Made by a program: the position numbers and the translations under genes
Shown: piece by piece, positions 60,084 to 64,000 of the stretch
Numbering within the stretch: the stretch's first letter is position 1
Layout: every line of letters starts with the position of its first letter
The notes under the pieces: model-generated
The model's database searches: none
What the model was told of the DNA's origin: nothing
The model's input: only the letters and a program-made list of their open reading frames with translations
Source: Limisphaerales bacterium
GTDB taxonomy: Bacteria > Verrucomicrobiota > Verrucomicrobiia > Limisphaerales > UBA11358
DNA: 64,000 nucleotides
Direction of reading: 5' to 3'
Assembly (NCBI GenBank): GCA_003134375.1
Contig: PLAY01000176.1
Location: 48,254 to 112,253, forward strand

Positions 60084-61202
60084 TTGAAAGGGTGGGAAGC
60101 GTTGAATGACACCCTACAATTTCCGCTTCCGTTGCTGGCTTATGGAAAAAACGCGAACGAACGGCTCGAAGCCTCGATCACCTACGCGACCATCGCCACC
60201 GGGATGCACCGGGTAAAAATTCTTTCGCCGTCACAAGTTGCGGAAGAATTGTCCGGCGTCGAACTTCCGAAACCCAACCGCGAAATCACCGCCGAGGAAA
60301 TCAAGATCATGGCGCTTGGTTGCGCGTTTTGTGGCGTATGCGCTGCGGATAGCACCAGCGGCGCGCGTTGGCGTTTTGTGAGATTCAAAGCAGTAGAAGA
60401 ATTTCTGCAATCATGGAAATCAAAAGGCCGGTCAATCCCGTGGACGCGCGTTCCGAAAGCGATGGTGTTTGAAGCCCGCGACGGCAACGCGAAAACCTAC
60501 CAGCGATTCTCGGCGCTCTGCGCGGTCAATGCGGCCATCGGCTCGAAACCGTTTGCCATCGTCACGGCCAACCGCGTGCGTGCCGGGATGGGTGGTTACG
60601 CCAGCGGCAAGGTTTTGTTTGCCAAAGATGGAACAGTCACCCACGCCGGCGCGGTGACTCTATCCGAGCGCACGGATGGATGGACACCGCCAACGCGAAG
60701 CCAGGCCCGCACGCTGCTGGACAACCTTGTCAGGAGCGGATTGGCGCACAGGTTCAACGAATACCACGGTGGGTTGACCTACTACTCAAAAGACCTGTCG
60801 GCGGAAAAGATTGCCGAAACCCTGCTGCTTCGCGCCAATCGAAAAGCGTCAAATCCGAAACTGCAAAAGCTTTCGGAAGCCATCCGACAAGCCAAACAGG
60901 ACGGCGTTCTATTAAGTGGCGAACTTTTGCCGCAGTCGCCACATAATACAGACTCGCCACATAATAGAGAAGTCGCCACCCAGTCGCCACCCGGTAGCCA
61001 CCCAATCGCCACCCAGTCGCCACATAATGCTGCTTCTTATGCTTCTCTTAATGCTTCTTCAAATGCTTCTCTCAATGCGGGGGCGAGCGCTCTTTCTGAA
61101 AAAATGGAAGAAAAGCACTTTAATGCGCATGACGATTGGACACCCGAACAGCGAGCCGAAGCCTTCAGACAATTACGGGATGCAGTGAACGGAAAGCCAT
61201 GA
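60084..61202 (+). CDS. Hypothetical protein with C-terminal SPHN/ATQSP and ASxNAS repeats (possible replication/initiator-type protein)
   Basis: 372-aa ORF with a TTG start. The repeat region coincides with DNA iterons at 60933-61078. Confidence 0.5.
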   Translation: MKGWEALNDTLQFPLPLLAYGKNANERLEASITYATIATGMHRVKILSPSQVAEELSGVELPKPNREITAEEIKIMALGCAFCGVCAADSTSGARWRFVRFKAVEEFLQSWKSKGRSIPWTRVPKAMVFEARDGNAKTYQRFSALCAVNAAIGSKPFAIVTANRVRAGMGGYASGKVLFAKDGTVTHAGAVTLSERTDGWTPPTRSQARTLLDNLVRSGLAHRFNEYHGGLTYYSKDLSAEKIAETLLLRANRKASNPKLQKLSEAIRQAKQDGVLLSGELLPQSPHNTDSPHNREVATQSPPGSHPIATQSPHNAASYASLNASSNASLNAGASALSEKMEEKHFNAHDDWTPEQRAEAFRQLRDAVNGKP

Positions 61203-61990
61203 ACACCCCGCCGGAAAACGTTTCGGAAGTCTCCTTTTACCGCGCCTTCAAGCAAGCAAGCTGGCGATTGCCGAAGAACCCTCTGATTCACCAATCAAAG
61301 CCATTTCCGTTTCCCGTCATGAAAACCGACCATGATCTTGAAAGTGCCTTGTGCGCGGCGCTGGACACGCTGCCCAAGTGCCGGAACGCCGCCGCGACCA
61401 TCGGCCAGCGGCTCGGCGTCTCGGCGCGTGAGGCTGGCCTGCACAGCCACAGGACGCGCCGCCGGGTGTTCCATGATGGCCGCGGCCAGGTTGCCGCCGG
61501 CGAACTGGTGACACGCCTGCCAGCCAAAGGCGAAACAGTTCATTTCCTGATGGACGGAAATTTCCGGTTGTCTGATGTCATTCCGATAATCCAGCAACAC
61601 ATCGGCCAACCGTGCCGCCTGACAATTTGCACCCTTGGATTAAATAACGACACGACAGACCAGCTTGCCGCCATGCTGAAGGCCGGAACGCTGGCAGAAT
61701 TGCGGCTCGCCTTTTCGTCCTATTTCAAAGCCAGTGACCCGGACACCGCCGTCTATGCCGTGCAAACGTTGACCAGACAAGGCGCGACCGTTGCCGTCGA
61801 GCGGTTGCACGCCAAGTTGCAGCTATATCAGCCAGCCAAAGGCCGGGCCCGCTACGTCCTCGAAACGTCCTCGAATCTCCGGTCCTGCCAATGCGTTGAA
61901 GTCGTCAGCGTGACCAACGACCCCGGCTTGTATCGCTGGCATGATCAGTGGCTGACCGGATTTTTTAACCGTAACTCCATCAAATTATGA
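61199..61990 (+). CDS. Hypothetical protein
   Basis: ATGA overlap with the upstream gene. 263 aa with no recognisable motif. Confidence 0.5.
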   Translation: MNTPPENVSEVSFYRAFKQASWRLPKNPLIHQSKPFPFPVMKTDHDLESALCAALDTLPKCRNAAATIGQRLGVSAREAGLHSHRTRRRVFHDGRGQVAAGELVTRLPAKGETVHFLMDGNFRLSDVIPIIQQHIGQPCRLTICTLGLNNDTTDQLAAMLKAGTLAELRLAFSSYFKASDPDTAVYAVQTLTRQGATVAVERLHAKLQLYQPAKGRARYVLETSSNLRSCQCVEVVSVTNDPGLYRWHDQWLTGFFNRNSIKL

Positions 61991-62475
61991 GAAAGAAAAA
62001 CACCACGACCCCACGACCGCCCGCGCCCGCCGCCGCCATGATTGACGCCGAAAAGTTGGCAGAACTGGCGAACCTGACAAAGCGGCGACTCTACCAACTC
62101 GCCGAGGAAGGCAAAATCCCCCCGGCAACGAATGGCCAGTTTCCATTACTCGCCACCCTCAAAGCGTTATTCAGTTTTTACCAACGGGATGGCGAGGAAA
62201 TTCAAAAGGAGAAACTGAAAAAGTTGACCGCCGAACGGCAGCGACTTGAACTAAAACTGTCAAAGGAGCAAGGCAAGCTGATGGGAACCGCCGAAGGTTG
62301 CCGACAAGTCAGCGAGGCAATGGCCCTCATTTTCTCCGACATGGCGCGCGACGCGGCGGAATTGCCGCCAAACTTGGCAGGGAGAACGGCCGTAGATATT
62401 GGAATCATTCTTTCCGCCCGGATTGAAAAACACCGCAAGGAATGGGCGGATAAATTCGACGCCATCGGCCAATGA
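61987..62475 (+). CDS. HTH protein resembling phage terminase small subunit (Nu1-like)
   Basis: N-terminal LAELANLTKRRLYQLAEEGKIPP followed by a coiled coil. The assignment is tentative. Confidence 0.4.
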   Translation: MRKKNTTTPRPPAPAAAMIDAEKLAELANLTKRRLYQLAEEGKIPPATNGQFPLLATLKALFSFYQRDGEEIQKEKLKKLTAERQRLELKLSKEQGKLMGTAEGCRQVSEAMALIFSDMARDAAELPPNLAGRTAVDIGIILSARIEKHRKEWADKFDAIGQ

Positions 62476-62654
62476 AAACCGCCGAAACAAAAACCGCAAC
62501 GTGCCGCTGCTGTCAGGCGCGATACGAATACACCGAGGCCAACCGCCATTTGCTTTTGCCGTTTCTGTGCTGGAAATGCACCGACGCGGCCAATGCAAAA
62601 TTTGAAAGCCAACCGCCCCGCCGCCGTGAACGGATATTTTTCACCAAGCTTTGA
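62472..62654 (+). CDS. Small Cys4 zinc-ribbon protein
   Basis: CRCC...CWKC. ATGA overlap with the upstream gene. Confidence 0.4.
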   Translation: MKTAETKTATCRCCQARYEYTEANRHLLLPFLCWKCTDAANAKFESQPPRRRERIFFTKL

Positions 62655-62992
62655 ACGACGACCCCGACATCACGCCGGAAATGCCGCTCGCATTTGACGA
62701 GGCCGGGCATCCCGTCGCCGTGTCGCCGCCGGTTTATGAGACGCCGGACGAAACCCAGGACGACCAACCCGGCAAGATAACACTGGCCGACATTCCCGAC
62801 TTGCTGCTTTGCGGCGCACAGGACGATCACGACACCGCCGGCCGCGCCGCCATGCTCGGCTATATCCTAAAATCTCAATTTGCTCCGCAATCCCTTGACG
62901 AACTCGGCTTGCGGCTCGGTATTTCAAAGCAGGCCGCGCACAAGCGGTTGACGACATTTCGGCGTAAATGCGCGGAAATACTCGCTTTTTAA
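62651..62992 (+). CDS. Small protein with sigma-70 region-4-like HTH
   Basis: SLDELGLRLGISKQAAHKRLTTFRRKC. Non-ATG (TTG) start. Confidence 0.45.
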   Translation: MNDDPDITPEMPLAFDEAGHPVAVSPPVYETPDETQDDQPGKITLADIPDLLLCGAQDDHDTAGRAAMLGYILKSQFAPQSLDELGLRLGISKQAAHKRLTTFRRKCAEILAF

Positions 62993-63024
62993 CGCCGCTA
63001 GGTTGACGGCGCGGCCATAGGTGT

Positions 63025-63612
63025 ATGAATGAAACAATTTCAAATCTGGCGGCAGAGCTAAAAGCCGCGATCACCGGCACGAGGCCGACGCCCAAATTTC
63101 CAACGGAAAATTCGGCAAGAATCATCTGCGAGCTTGCACTTGACGAAATAAAAAAACTGGACGGCTTGCAAGACTACCTCGACGGCGAGGAAAAATGCGT
63201 GGCATTGCAGCATGACCTTAATTTCGTTCTCGTGCCTGGACTGGCTGACCGACTTTATCAGCAACAATTTGATTCTCATTCAAAACTCGCCAGCACCGGG
63301 AAAAGTTTGAGCGAAATTGATCGTGGCCGCGACCGCGAAAGCTGGGTGCAAGACGTGGCAAGTAGGAAGTCAGCAGCGGAGAACGCCTCACTCCAACTGT
63401 CCGGCAAGCTGCAACCCTTCCGGCGCAAAATTTCCGAAATTGCCGTGCAAACATTGAACGAGCACGCCGCCAAACTCATGCTCGCCGAATCCAAACTGGG
63501 CGCGGCCTATGGTTTGCAATACGACGAAAGCCCGGCTCTGAAAAAACTTCGCGCTCTGCAAAATTACATCACCCACACCGCCCCGGCCATCGTCACGAAA
63601 CTCCTGAAATAA
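63025..63612 (+). CDS. Hypothetical helical protein
   Basis: 195-aa ORF with no recognisable motif. Confidence 0.45.
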   Translation: MNETISNLAAELKAAITGTRPTPKFPTENSARIICELALDEIKKLDGLQDYLDGEEKCVALQHDLNFVLVPGLADRLYQQQFDSHSKLASTGKSLSEIDRGRDRESWVQDVASRKSAAENASLQLSGKLQPFRRKISEIAVQTLNEHAAKLMLAESKLGAAYGLQYDESPALKKLRALQNYITHTAPAIVTKLLK

Positions 63613-63616
63613 ATTT

Positions 63617-64000
63617 ATGGCAAATTCCTACACCACCACAATCGCAACAATGGTTACGACTCTTTGCCGCGAAGGGCAGCGCGTCGCGCAAAGCAAACTC
63701 GCCCCGCTGACGGCTTACGGCACGCTTCTACCGATTATCGGCGAACCGTTCCGAGCTGGCTTGGATTCGGTAGTCCCCCTTGTGACCGCCGCGCCCGCAA
63801 CCCAGATTCTAGGCCGGACTGACGCCGCAATTTTTCAGGCCGACGGCACGGTGACGAATCCCGTTTCTTGCGCGCACAAACTTTTCCTTCAAACGATTAA
63901 CGTGGAAAACGCCGCCTACCAATCCGGCAACCGCATTGCCTACGCCGCAAGTTTCGCGATGAATCAGCTTTGCAACGCAATCGTTGACTATGTTAAAGCG
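63617..64000 (+). CDS. Partial ORF running off the window end (hypothetical)
   Basis: ATG at 63617 (MANSYTTTIATMV...) stays open to the end of the window. Confidence 0.35.
   Translation, partial: MANSYTTTIATMVTTLCREGQRVAQSKLAPLTAYGTLLPIIGEPFRAGLDSVVPLVTAAPATQILGRTDAAIFQADGTVTNPVSCAHKLFLQTINVENAAYQSGNRIAYAASFAMNQLCNAIVDYVKA

Overview
The window looks like a Planctomycetes-Verrucomicrobia-type genome, judging from PEP-CTERM, DUF11 and giant Rhs proteins and roughly 55-60% GC by eye. This taxonomic guess is inference only. Almost all of it is mobile DNA clustered at a tRNA-Ser(GCU) gene.

The main feature is a ~55.4 kb integrative conjugative element (ICE) at 2322-57676. It is bounded by a perfect 34-bp direct repeat: the tRNA-Ser 3' end at 57643-57676 and a partial copy at 2322-2355.

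The ICE encodes these functions:
- A tyrosine integrase and an Xis-like protein.
- A MOBF TrwC-type relaxase-helicase, a ParA-like ATPase and a VirD4-type coupling protein.
- A VirB-like T4SS operon (VirB2/3/4/5/6/8/9/10 analogues plus lipoproteins).
- A DNA methylase-SNF2 helicase fusion.
- XRE and receiver-domain regulators.

The ICE also carries several cargo modules:
- (i) A four-gene NAD/ADP-ribose-themed operon (cREC-ARH, ARH, SPFH, NAD-kinase-like). This is my best candidate for an undescribed conflict or defence system.
- (ii) A 3364-aa Sec-signal Rhs/YD-repeat polymorphic toxin. Its replaceable C-terminal tip resembles an ADP-ribosyl-cyclase/CD38-type NADase, and a small immunity ORF overlaps its stop codon. 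Secreted, DUF11, OMP and MORN/YwqK genes follow it.
- (iii) A nested Mu/Tn5053-like TniA/TniB transposon.
- (iv) A PAPS-reductase-like gene embedded in the T4SS operon.
- (v) A Clp-D2-only AAA+ ATPase.

Both flanks of the ICE are also mobile-element DNA. The left flank (1-2321) holds a paralogue of an ICE HTH gene, set between inverted copies of a conserved hairpin element. The right flank (57.8-64 kb) holds a second integrase, an AlpA-like excisionase and phage- or plasmid-like genes.

No rRNA genes or CRISPR arrays were seen. All family assignments come from motif reading by eye, and no searches were run.
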